A stretch of 64,000 bases of DNA. Origin: Ramazzottius varieornatus (Eukaryota > Animalia > Tardigrada). The notes under the pieces are model-generated. The model ran no database searches and was not told where the DNA came from. It saw only the letters and a program-made list of their open reading frames with translations. Made by a program: the position numbers and the translations under genes. Of the stretch, positions 37,011-48,919 are shown one piece after another (within the stretch, counting starts at the first letter, position 1; every line of letters starts with the position of its first letter). The stretch covers positions 3,829,046-3,893,045 of the forward strand of contig BDGG01000002.1 in assembly GCA_001949185.1 (NCBI GenBank). Reading direction: 5' to 3'.

Positions 37011-37974
37011 GATCATGAAACGTCACCCAATAGCCGTCCTGGATTATCAGTCATGATATGCAAACTGGCTTCCGCGGATGGGCAAGTCTTCGCTTCGCGG
37101 CTAACGAAGCACCCAGAAATACGGTGGTGCTTCTGAACTACAGTATGGCCATCGGAGGTCTATTGGTTCTCGAACTGGTGTTCTCTGGATGGATCAGGTT
37201 CCTGGTGGGTCGCGCACCTTTCGAAAGGACCGAAAGCAGAAACCTCGATGAAGCTGAAAAATCATGGAACCGCAGATCCGCTTCGCTTGTACTAGCAGCT
37301 CCCTGGTAGCCCTGACCACCTCGTACCCGACAGCCAGTGACTGCGGACACGATGATGCTTCTGGCCAAGATATGGCCGTCACAGTGGGCGCGTTTTTTGA
37401 CCTTGCTGTGGATGGATCGAGGTTCCGGTAATATTGGTTTCCTTCACGGGAACTTGCGTGCCGTAGTTTGTGGACGCGGTTCATCGCGTTCTTCTGTTGG
37501 GTCTGTCGGCAGCTTGAGCATGGTTGTGAGGCTTTTCGGTAAGAAGGACTGATGTCAGTGCATGTGATTACAGCAGCTCCCCCGCGGCACTTTTTGCGAT
37601 GTTTTGCCGGCCCGATAATCATGACTGGCGAGTAGAAGTTGTTCATAACGAGGTCAGCTGGCTTCTGTGCTTGATTTTTGCGGCATATTGTTATGCAACG
37701 ATAATGCACGAAGGAAACCGGTCGAGCTCGTGTATACCAGTCGGTGAAAAAAGGTTTTTTTTCCTATCGAAAGATGCATGTTGGGCTTTCGCTGCTTGTC
37801 TTACCTTTTGTACCTTGTCTGTGAGTAGTTATATGGCACGCCATCGCACTTTTTTCCTAACATCGCACGAACGGAAAAACGTAACGCTACTTTTAATTTG
37901 CACCTTGGCTTCTTTTTACGATCAGACTCTCTTTCCTCATTGTCTGTCTCTTAGCTGATCAGAACTGTAATAAA

Positions 37975-40900
37975 ATGTGGGTTTTGGGGATACTTTCGCT
38001 GATCGTTCCGATACTGAGCAGACTGACTTCAGCCGAGATGCGTGATTTCACACGATGTCCGCTGGATCTTCAAGCCTTGAAACCGTGTGCTTGTGCCAGT
38101 CCGGCAACAGGTAACTTCACTGGATTATTAATCAGATGTACCAATGTGAATCTGCCGCAGTTGGCCAAACGGTTGAGACTTCTCAGTGGATACACACTGG
38201 CCAAGTTTGAAGTGGACGGAGGACTGGTGCGAAAGTGGGACAGGGACCTCCTGGGGAACGTCACGATTCTGCAAGTGGTGATCAGAAATGTGGGTCTTGA
38301 GCTGATCGAAGAAAAAGCCATGGGGACAAGTCCGTTGACAACCGTGACGGGTTTCAGCGTGCCGAATAATAACCTGATGGAGGTTCCTGGGATTGTGTCG
38401 CAACTGACTTCGCTGAGGATTCTGGACCTGTCGTTCAATCGGCTAAAAGGTTTCCCGCCTAGTGTGTTGCGAGGATTACCGTTGGAGGAAATAAACTTGG
38501 CGGGTAATCAACTAATAGAGGTATGTTCGTTGTAAGAGACGCTGAGGTTGTCTGTTTGTCGGCCCTCTCCACTTTCCTACAGATTTCTTTCGGAATATTC
38601 GAAGTAATGTGTACGAGGTAAACGACATAATTCGGGTATAGGGATTTTTCACTCGTAATTTGGGCATATTTTTTCTCACCTCTTGCTGCGCGTAATGAAG
38701 TGCTTCTTGTTTCGTGAGGTAGACTGATCCCTTTTCTCGAGATCTCAATAGGTTTGAGAACGACAAAGCGTTGTGGATCACGGGAATTTAGCCTGGGAGA
38801 GAGATGGGTCTGTTCAATGTTAAAAAGCCCAGTGGTGTATCAAAAGGCGTACAATGAGAGATGAATCTAGCGTTTTTAAACTTTTCGCGTTGCCCGAATT
38901 ATGGTGCGAAAATCGATATGCCCGAATTATGTCGTTTACCTCGTACATTACTTTCGAGCCTTTTGAAACAGAATCCGTCAAAATGTCCCTCAACGTTCCG
39001 ACAGTGTTAAATTTGTTTCACCCAGGTTGCAAAATTTTCGCAATTGTTAAATGTGCATTTCCATGTCTGATGCGCGAACTCAACTGGGTACTGTTTTACA
39101 CTAGCTAGTTTGTTTTGCAGATGTCGCCAAAGGCATTTGCTGCTCTTCCGCAACTCGTTTCGCTCAGCCTCGGCTTCAACAAGCTCACTTCCGTTCCCGA
39201 CCTTGGTATCCCGCTGAACCACGGTCTAAAGACCCTCAACATGAGCGGAAACCTAATCCGTTCAGTGGGGCCCAGCGAACTTCACAACCTCTCCTATGTT
39301 ACCGTCCTCGACCTCTCCCATAACCAGCTGGACACCATGCATGATGATGCTATCCGCGGCATGTCCCGTCTCCTGATACTGTACCTCGACCACAACAACC
39401 TCGTCGAAATCCCGCAAGGGCTTTTCGCTATGGGAATGACCATCCGTAACCTCTCCCTCTCATATAACCGTCTGGAGAAACTCTCCCCCGAAGCCATAAG
39501 CCCCCTGTACTACATCGAAGAAATCAACCTCGACCATAACAACTTCCGCTCTATCCCCCCGAATTTCATCTCGAACAAGTTCCACCTTGACAAGCTGAAT
39601 ATGTCGTGGAACCCGATCGAGCGCATCGAAGATAAAGCCTTGACTGGGTTGAAGAACATGACGATGCTGGACTTGAGTCACTGTAAACTGTCGTACTTCG
39701 GACAGATGGCCATTGGTGACCTGGAACGTCTTGGTACTTTGCTGCTCGGGTACAACGAGATCACGGGGATTGGAGCGGACAGTTTGGGCTTTCTTCCGTC
39801 AGTTCAATATCTCGATTTGAGTAACAACAAGATTTCTTCGCTGCGAGGTTTGCAGATCGCAAAGTTCATTGGGGTGATGACACTGGATATGTCCAGGAAC
39901 TTCATACATTCGATCAAGTCGATCGATGTACCGAAGCTGGCCATGCTGATGCATTTGGACCTGAGTTTCAACGGGCTGTCCCAGCTTGCACCGGGATGCT
40001 TGAAGGACTTCTTGTCCTTGATGACCTTGAAGCTAAACGATAACTCGCTCAAGAATATCGATGCGGGAACTTTTGGAAATATGTACAGCTTATTGGAACT
40101 GGACTTGAGCAATAACAACATCACATCGTTCCAACGGTAAGAACTGATTATTCACAATGCCGGAAAAGTTAGGAGCTGAGCAAACCAAACGCACAAAACA
40201 GTTATCATGAGAGGCGCAGTTTTCCGCTCGACAAAAATGAAGACGTGCGCCACGTGAAATGGCAACTGCACGTTTGTTCGCCCCGCTTTAGATTACTGAA
40301 TTTTTGTTGAAGGTTTGCTCTGCGAGGGCTTCGGGCTTTGAGGACCGTCAGGCTGGACAACAACTTCATCAACGAGTTCTTCCAGATCACGACAACCCTC
40401 GACACTATTTCTGCTCGGAACAACTCCATTCCTCAGATCAAACGCGCGAGTTTCCCACGCGCCAACGCCCTGTCCGTCCTCGACTTGTCTTTCAACAATA
40501 TTTCCTCCATCGAAAGCGAAGCTTTCAAGTACCTTTACATCTTGTCAACCCTGAACCTCCGTGGGAACCGCTTGACTGAAATTCCCAAAGCCGAACTGAA
40601 AGACCACGTCACGATGAAGAGCCTCGACCTCGGACAGAACTTGATCACAACAGTCGATTACGATGCTTTCAGTGGACTAAGACTCAGAAGCCTTTCGTTG
40701 GACCACAACAAGATCACGTCGTTTAACGAGACGGCACTTCGAGGTCTTTCGGAACTCACTGAGCTACATATCGGCGGGAACCAGTTGCTCCAACTCGAAC
40801 CCACTCTGTTGAAGGGGCTTAGCGCGGTGAACTTCGTAGATGTCGGCGGAAACCTTTTCACAGATATTCCCACTGAAGCTTTCGAGGACCTGTACTCTCT

Positions 40901-42091
40901 GCAAAAGATCGACCTGAGCAAGAATAAACTGGCAACCATTCCTCGTCGGATATTCTGGAAGAACGCCTACTTGACGGAAGTTGATTTTAGTGGGAACCAA
41001 ATCCGAACGATACCTACACATATCGAAGAGAATCCCGGACATCTGAAGGTGCTGAACTTTTCCAACAATTTAGTGGTGGAAGTCCTGGGTACTCCGAACT
41101 TGCCCTACGTGGAGAAGTTGGACCTGTCCTACAACGCCTTCCAAAAACTCAGTCTGAGTGCCTTAACGAAACTAACGTCGCTGAAGGAGCTACGGCTCAG
41201 CGATAATCCGATGGAGATCCTGTCAGACGGAAGTCTGACCAGCAACTTGGGTTACGTCAGTTTGGATCGAACCATGCTCCACTCCGTGCCGTTTTCCATA
41301 CTTCTGGCGCTAACGCAAGATAACTCTACCTTGTCTTTCGATAACGTGACAATCCAGTGTGATTGTCGGGCGGTTGGACTACAGGAATATCTGAGGTTGA
41401 AACAGAACACCTCGAACAACTTTTGTTCGCTTCCCGCCTCCCTTCAAGGTGGAGTTCCCTGACTGCTTGCCATAATCTAGTTTCATGACATTGTTGCGAG
41501 AAGCGCTAAGGCTGAAAATTCATGAGCGAATTTTTCGAAATTAAAAGACGAGTCAATCAATGAGTTCTCATTACCAAAATGCAATGCGGAAGTTGGATGT
41601 TTGAATGGGATGTCTGACTTTTTCGGTTTATCTTTGCAGGTGTTCCAATTGTCAACGCAACGCTAGAAGGGGATTGCCAGAAAAACAGGCAAGCAGCCAA
41701 GAAGCTCTTGGAAGAGAAGCAACTCATCGACCTGCAAGCGGCTCGTTCGGGGGACGCTATCATGCTGTCCTGGGAGCCGAAAGGGCCCGTGGATGTCTGG
41801 AGCTTCAGTGTGTCCGTCGTGTACGAAAACAAGTCGATCCAAGCTCCAAAGATGCACATTCCTTACTACGTGGATACTTACGCAGTCGACGACCTCTCTT
41901 TTTCAAAGAACTACAGAGCATGTGTCCAGCCTTACGACCGAGCAGGAGCGCCTGTTGGGTCGACGGTATGCAAGCTGGTTCGACTTGGTTCCATGGAGCA
42001 AGTTAGCGGAGCAATGTCGGCGAAATTGACAGATAGAAATTCGGCAGTTATTTTTGTACTCTTTGCCTTGGTATGGAGTTTGATGCAGTGA
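37975..42091 (+). CDS. Extracellular leucine-rich repeat protein (chaoptin/artichoke-like) with LRRNT, many LRRs, LRRCT, FN3-like domain and GPI-type tail
   Basis: Exons are 37975-38520, 39121-40136, 40313-41448 and 41640-42091, all phase-compatible. It has a signal peptide, an N-cap CP...PCAC...C, LxxLDLSxNxL repeats, an IQCDC C-cap, MLSW...NYRACVQ (FN3-like) and a hydrophobic C-terminus. Confidence 0.92.
38614..38943. mobile_element. 330-bp MITE, TA-CGAGG family C, copy 2 (in intron 1 of the LRR gene)
   Basis: Same TIRs and interior as 17025-17364, TA-flanked. Confidence 0.92.
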
Positions 42092-42539
42092 ATACTGAGC
42101 AATCATAACTCAGCTTGGTTATCTTTATGTTGTTTGATTTTCCTTTGATCTCAGCCATTCGAATGCCAAGTGTTATTTTATGGAAAGAACAAGTGGTATC
42201 TTAACAATTTAATCTGAATGATATGATACCGTGACACCAATCATGCCAAGAATAAACACAGGGGTAAAGTAAAGAGGCTCTTGTTTCTGAGTTTTGATGA
42301 GCGATATACTGTATGAGACGTCGGCAAGTAAACTAACTTATCCATGCATGCTCGTTTTCCCAAGTCGCATACTTTCCCAGCCGCGAGCAACAGAAACGCG
42401 CGCCACTTGAGAATGGAACATATTCGATTCATTTGCCGATGTCTCATATACTGTACGTAAAAGATCAGAAAAATCCCATAAACGAGTTCGGTGTGGCCAT
42501 CAGGATGATATACCGAGAGAACGGAAATAATTTTCGAGA

Positions 42540-43115
42540 TTAAGAAACTCGTCCTTGGCTTTTCGCCCTCCGGAAATCGAAGGTGAGCGGGTCTTCTATA
42601 GGCGAGAGCTCTTGGTCAGGGGCGCTCTTTTCTCTCCTGAGCAGAGCTGCTCTTTGCGACTCCGGAATGTTGTTGTCCACTGGTTGACCCATCAGTTTTG
42701 AAAGGCGAGTGAAGCCAGCCTCAAGGTCCATGATCTGACAATGGAGTGAATCATTCTCCGAAGGATCGGACAGGAACCTTGGCGGTCCAGAGTGAACGGA
42801 ACCAGCAGAATATCTTGAAGGAGATGAAGGGAACCGCAATTCTCTCATGGATGAAACTACATCGTTGCGGGCGTACTCTGCGAATCAGAGTCGTCACCTC
42901 CATAAGTCACTAATTTCAAGACATTTTCTGAAATCCTCACTCTAAACCACGTACAATAACTTACTGGCGGCTACATTGTCTGCTTGGCTCAGTTCGAGTT
43001 CTTTATCGATGGCGTCAATAAAGTCTAAGGAAGAGAGTTTCTGCTTCATCTGCCCGAGCTTGTCCTCTACATCGGGAGCGGCTTCTCCCCGGACAATGCG
43101 TTGTCTGCCTTCCAT
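42540..43115 (-). CDS. Hypothetical two-exon protein (~160 aa) with short coiled-coil segments
   Basis: Exon 43115-42965 (MEGRQRIVRGEAAPDVEDKLGQMKQKL...) joins in frame, via a GTAAGT...CGCAG intron, to 42877-42540. Confidence 0.55.
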
Positions 43116-43431
43116 TTTTATTTATGATATTCGGCCTCCATTGTCAAAGCCAAAAGAAATAACTGAACAGAGCATGATGCAAAGGAACGATTGAAACTAT
43201 TTTTTCAGCGCGGGAAATCAATGGTTCGTACTCAAAGTTGCCAAGACAAAGCGCCACCAGCAAGCTGTTCTTCGTGTCGACTGAATATGGCGGAGAAAAA
43301 GTAAAACTAGGCATTAAAGAAAAAAATTCCGAAACGGAGTGCCACACATCCAATTTGCGAAAATCGTCGTGTGCGCAGAACAAACGTCCTCAGGACTTCC
43401 TAACCTTGATAGTTTACGCAGGATTCCGGTA

Positions 43432-44955
43432 CGAGGAGCAAGGTCTTACTTTGCTCAACCCCTGTTGCCACAAGCCTTTTCCACATTAATATAACCTAAT
43501 GTTTCTGTGGCTAAACCTCTGCCAACCGTCGGCTTCCCAGTAAAGCTGAGGGTTTTACAAGGTAAACCCGATGTGCTGATGTTGCACCAGCACAAACCAT
43601 TAAAAAATCCAGATGGTTCTGTGATTTCCTCTGAAGGGGAGGCGGAGCTAAACTGAACTTGGTTTTTGACTGGTGGTCGTGCCATAGTGCGTGCTATGGC
43701 CCCGGGGGGACTAGTGTCACAGCAGGCGCCGTTCCAGGTACATATTTTCTGGCTGAAAATGTGACGTCACGAACCAGTTTGAATTTCATTTTGGATAGCG
43801 AAACGCTCCAAATGTTCGCCTCGTTCTGTGGATTGGTGCCCAGCTCACTGCGCAGCCTATTCCGTATTTGACAACATGGTTCACTAATTCGGCGGTATGA
43901 CTTGAATAAGAAATTTGAATGGCGTGCTGTGCTATGTACAAAGGCTGAGCGCATGCCATCATGCAGCTGCAAAAACTGCACAGTGTGCAGTACCGAACAG
44001 AGATCCTTGGACGATTTTGGCCTGTCCTTGGACGCTACAAGCTGTGTATCTTGTCTCCACCAAATCTTGTCTCCAGGTATGATGTGCTTGTGAACTCTTT
44101 CGGTTACTTTGGAAGGTCCTGGGAACCTCGCTGTCTGCGTAGTAGGAGTTCTGAGTCTTCTGGTGTGTGTTTCAGGTGGCGGTTAGGGATCGAAATTGTG
44201 CGTTCCGTCAGCGATGTCGCTTTGGCATAATCAAGCCATCAAATAACTAGGTAAGAGTTATTTCGCTTGACTTCTTCGCAGTTAACAACAAGCCAGACAG
44301 CTGCCATCATCCTCGCTGCCTACCTTAACACCTGCTTTTTTCAGAACTTATCTGGGCTCATCTTTCATGCATGACTGGATTGTCTCAGCTTTGAGTAGTC
44401 CGGACATCGCCACCGACGTTTGTTCTGCCTTTGCGGTGGTGTTTTCTTCACAAATATCGCTTTGAATTCTTCGCTGTTTGTCCTGCGTCGAGTCTTGATT
44501 GATACGCTCCAACATTACGGTCAGGACTTCTGAAATCTCTTGGATTGTTCCGCTTTTGTGCTCTTTCTGTCGTTATCTGAGGGTGTGAGGAGTAAAAGAA
44601 CGGAAAACAATAGAAATCATCTTTTTGGGCTTTGTTAGGATTTTGGTCCCAGTGAAAACCTTGCAAAATTCATAACTTTTTCCATGTCCGGTAAACTTAT
44701 ATTTCACAGCGGTAAACCAGTAATGTCATTTTTATGTTATTTTTTGGGTTTGCTCTGGGTTTGTATCTGGACCATAGCTGAAACCTCAGGGATTCCAGGA
44801 GGTTTCGGCGACGGATCTGAGGGCCGTGGCAACAGGGAACGTACAACATATCACCATACATCACGAGCTATGCACAGGCTTCTCAGGCTTTGTGACGTAG
44901 GCGTGACGTATGTGAGAAAAGTTGTACGCTGAGCAAAGTAAGACCTCGCTCCTCG
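43432..44955. mobile_element. TA-CGAGG family A DNA transposon (non-autonomous, ~1.5 kb)
   Basis: TIR CGAGGAGCAAGGTCTTACTTTGCTCA / TGAGCAAAGTAAGACCTCGCTCCTCG, with TA on both sides. No intact ORF. Confidence 0.85.
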
Positions 44956-44957
44956 TA

Positions 44958-46621
44958 CGAGGGAAAGGACATTAATCCGTCCAGCGAAAATTTCGGACAT
45001 AAATCCGTCCAAACCGCGGTATGGGGTGGCAGCACAACGCAGGTTACACTGTCACGTGATTCCTCACAGCCTGAGTCATACCATAACCGCAACCGAATAG
45101 CCTTCACCCCAACTAATCTGCGGCTAAAGAGCAAATTTCGAAGACGTGTTTCTGTCGACTGTCGTCGACGTGAACTAAAACTCCCCACTTCACAATCATC
45201 TCTCCTACGTATCATCTAAAACGTAAAACCTCATTTCTAAAGAAAGCTCGCACGTGAATGAAAGGAATGACGTCCGTAAGGCACAACAGTGTCGCGGAAC
45301 CCGCAAGGGAAAAATGGAAGATTTCAGACATTCTTCGACTTTTTGGCTTTGCGTGCTGTCTTCGTTACGGCGGTCTCCTCTGCAGATTTTCGTTTTCTCC
45401 ACGGACCAACTTTTGCGATCTTGTCGGTGATTTTCTCTTCGGTGGCTTTCTTCTTCTTAGCCAATCTCCCAACATCGTCTACCTTCTTCTTAGCTGCCTT
45501 CGCAGCCTCCTCTTTCTCAAGCGCGCGGATGAACTCATCATCACTCACCATTTTACCTGCCTCGAGATTAAGGTGCCTGTTTTTGACTCGTCGCTGCTTA
45601 ACCGGTGCCTCCCTGTGCAAACGTTTCTGTAAAGCGTTGGCGGCCAGCATACCAGGCGTGACACCTTTCGCTATGAGCAAGATACTTTCCTCAGCCTTCA
45701 TGTCTTCGTCGGACTGATAGCCATAATATTCCGTCAGGACTGGAACAGCTTGGCTTGGNNNNNNNNNNNNNNNNNNNNNNNNNNNNNNNNNNNNNNNNNN
45801 NNNNNNNNNNNNNNNNNNNNNNNNNNNNNNNNNNNNNNNNNNNNNNNNNNNNNNNNNNNNNNNNNNNNNNNNNNNNNNNNNNNNNNNNNNNNNNNNNNNN
45901 NNNNNNNNNNNNNNNNNNNNNNNNNNNNNNNNNNNNNNNNNNNNNNNNNNNNNNNNNNNNNNNNNNNNNNNNNNNNNNNNNNNNNNNNNNNNTTCGATCG
46001 TGCATGGTTGATCGGGGAACGCCGAGCTGCTTTGCCGCAGCATGTTGGCTTAGACCATCTTTCGTCGCCAGGATCGCTGCTTCTAGCATCAGCTCCTTGC
46101 TTACCTGAGGCGCCGTCTTAAGTCTGGCAACTGCCTTACTCGTCGAAGCCATCTTTGAGACACATGGAAGATCAAAGAAACGTTCTTTGTTAAAATTGGC
46201 CTTGCTGCATGGGCATCGAGACGCAGTTTTACTCGCCGGAAATACGTCACAGAGGTGAAAGGCACTCGCAAAACGCTTAAGGGAATACTTTATTAGATGA
46301 AAAAGCAGCTGTGACGTTGATTGCCGTGAAACCGACGATCAGGGTGAGTCACCCAAAAATACTACACAGACGCCTCTGCAGGCCTGGGACTTTTTTCGTG
46401 CGTCGGCTCTTTAACATGGCGTTTCGGCGTGTTTCATCCCGATCCTTCTTTCTCGTTTGTGCTCCGGCAGTTGGCTCCCAGATCAGTTACGTTGAAATAA
46501 GAAGGTTTTCCCTATCGACTGAGGTACAGTGAGACAAATTTTGACGAGCGACTTTGCAAGAACCATCTGGACGGATTTATGTCCGAAATATTCACTGGAC
46601 GGATTAATGTCCTTTCCCTCG
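44958..46621 (-). mobile_element. TA-CGAGG family B pogo-like transposon with pipsqueak/CENP-B-type HTH; contains assembly gap
   Basis: TIR of about 53 bp, CGAGGGAAAGGACATTAATCCGTCCAG...GGACATAAATCCGTCCA, at both ends and TA-flanked. The ORF from 46152 reads LEAAILATKDGLSQHAAAKQLGVPRSTMHDR (HTH_psq-like) and a Lys-rich C-terminus runs to 45324. Confidence 0.88.
45759..45992. other. Assembly gap (N run)
   Basis: 234 N characters. Confidence 1.
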
Positions 46622-46889
46622 TACACAGTACTGTTGTCGTAAGTACAAGAGCCTACACTTTTCCAGCCCAACTTTCGTTTTTTTCCGCAAAACCTTTCAA
46701 TACATGAGTGATAACGGATTTTCGATTCACCACACGTTTCAAACGATCGGGAAATTTTTTCATGATGGGTTCGAGGTGCTGGTACTGCGTGACGCTACCC
46801 AGGACTCTTTGTTTGTATGCAGCGCGTTCCACTCTTGCCGAGCTGCGTCTTTCCTTGCGTTATCCCTTTTCCCGTGACAGATCTTGCTG

Positions 46890-47560
46890 ATCAGCTTATC
46901 ACAAGTATCACACATGTCGGTGTGGAACTTCCGAATTGGACGTGAGGCGCGTACTTTCTCCAGATGTAGTCGAAGGTTCGTCGCTTGACTTCATTTTCAC
47001 CGCCTGCGAATATCTTGTTGAAATATCCCACAATTCGAATCTAGTGTATCTCGGTGGGAAGAGGACGTAAGGCAGACGCGTGGAGCCTCGAGCGGCAGTG
47101 GGGACTGGAAGGCCATAAAGGCTTCCCTGCTCCATCAAGTACCGCAGGACGGCCCTGACTTGCACCGCTTTGATGGCGCGACTTCCCTTCTTCCCGACGT
47201 TGCCATGCCGAATCAAGGAAATCTTCCCACCAAAAATATCCGCCCTTCTGCTGTACATCGTGTCTTTGCCCATGTCATTGGCGTATAGAAAGGTTCTTCG
47301 GCAGGTCTTCACATCTGCAGCAAAGCAGTACGAGGCTTTGACCCTCCTGGGATCTTGGGAGAGAACTGAGAACATCAAGCCCATGTAGAACGCTTGTCGG
47401 ACGTCGAATGTCATTTCGCGAATCAACTTTCTCCGAGCGAGAAGCTGCTCTTTTGAGATTTTATTTGGACAGTCTTTCTGACAACTGTGGTTTGCCAAGT
47501 ACTCTTGATACTTCTGATCTTCGATCGCGCTCTCCCAGAGCTTGCTTCTCGAAGATCGTT
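46890..47560 (-). mobile_element. Sola-like transposase remnant (N-terminal/central region, frameshifted)
   Basis: Reads KTCRRTFLYANDMG...HGNVGKKG...VLRYL...GLPVP...LFPPRYTRFELW, then after frameshifts HVQF.KFHTDMCDTC. This resembles the HGN / GLPxP / DxCxxC pattern of Sola transposases, recalled from memory. Confidence 0.55.
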
Positions 47561-48317
47561 GTTCCTACAAAGCATCCACTATCCATTTCACTGAGGCACT
47601 GTGACCTTTCACACGTCAGATGTTTCCATCTATCGTCTCTTTTATTCTAATTTATGAAACGATTTGCTAACACATCAAACCGTACTTACTTTATGGTCGC
47701 CGAATCAGCAACTACCCACTAGGATACGTACCCAGCGGTTTCGCGAGAGAGGACTAACAAATCCTTGCACACCTCCGCCACTTGCGGCAGGTGGAGCCAC
47801 ATCCTCGGCTGGATCCGTCGATGGACGCTTACTCAAGACTTCCTCGACTGAAGTCTCTTCCGGCTCGCCGTCTCCTGATTCACCAACGAAAGTCTCATTG
47901 GCTTTGTCTTCGGATGAACCAGCGGTAATGCCATTCATTTCATCTTCTTCGGCAGATTTCTCCAACGCGTCCCACCATACCATTTCCGGATCGTTTTCCA
48001 TGACATATCCTAACCCGTCATCAGGTGGAATTTCAGTCGATGTTTTTGTGCTTCTGGCTGGTGTCTCCACCCTACTCGGCGACTCACCCACAGTTGGTTC
48101 TCCCACGAGCTCTTCTTCGTTCAGTTCTTTCTCCAGATCGGGAAATGCAGGAGTACAGTAGTCTATTCCTCCTACTTCTTGTATCTGGATTTCTTCGGGT
48201 GACAGACATATCAGTTTAGTCTTCTACAACAAACCATGTTTCATGATCGGTCGAGAAATTAAGGTTTTCGGTCAGCATGATTCTCATACAGACAAGTATT
48301 TCTAAATTGTCACTTAC

Positions 48318-48621
48318 CATTGTCAGAATCCTCCGATCCCTCAGACGAGGATGACTGGTCCCCATCATCGTCGTCCTCGTCGTTGTCGTCGTCGTCGGTA
48401 GATGGCGGTTCGTTCGCATTGACTGTCTTGATTAACACGTCAAGCGCTGCTCTGGCTTCCGGTGTCAACTTCTTGCATTCTTTATCCAGGTGCTCTAACA
48501 TGCGGTCCGCTTTTCCACTCAGATATGATTTGGAGCAAAACATACATTCGACGTTGATGTAGCGATCAGTTTTACCGGTCTTACGAAAACACTTCCACGC
48601 TAAGTTTGCTTTCAAAGACAT
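48318..48621 (-). mobile_element. BED zinc-finger exon with acidic tail, probably the 5' part of a decayed transposase gene
   Basis: AWKCFRK...VECMFCSKSY...RMLEHLDKEC fits the W..F, CxxC, HxxxxC BED pattern. A GTAAGT donor lies at about 48317. Confidence 0.7.
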
Positions 48622-48919
48622 CTTTTATCCCTCACCGCGACATTACAAACAACCAGGAAAGACGCTAATGATAATAGCATGTGTTAGCTAGGCGGCTGTA
48701 ATGTTCAGCGAGACTGCGGAGCTCTTTTCGCGTTACGTGTCAGTCTGTGTTAAAAGAAAAGACTTTCTTATCGGAATCAAAACATCGAGCAGAAGACTTG
48801 ACACGCGTTGTCCACTGGTCAACTTACACTGTGCAACCTTTATTTGCATTCCAACTTCAGCGATGCGCGTTGCTCGTTCTTCCTCCTCAAAATTCACCAC
48901 ATTTTCTCTTTACTCAATA

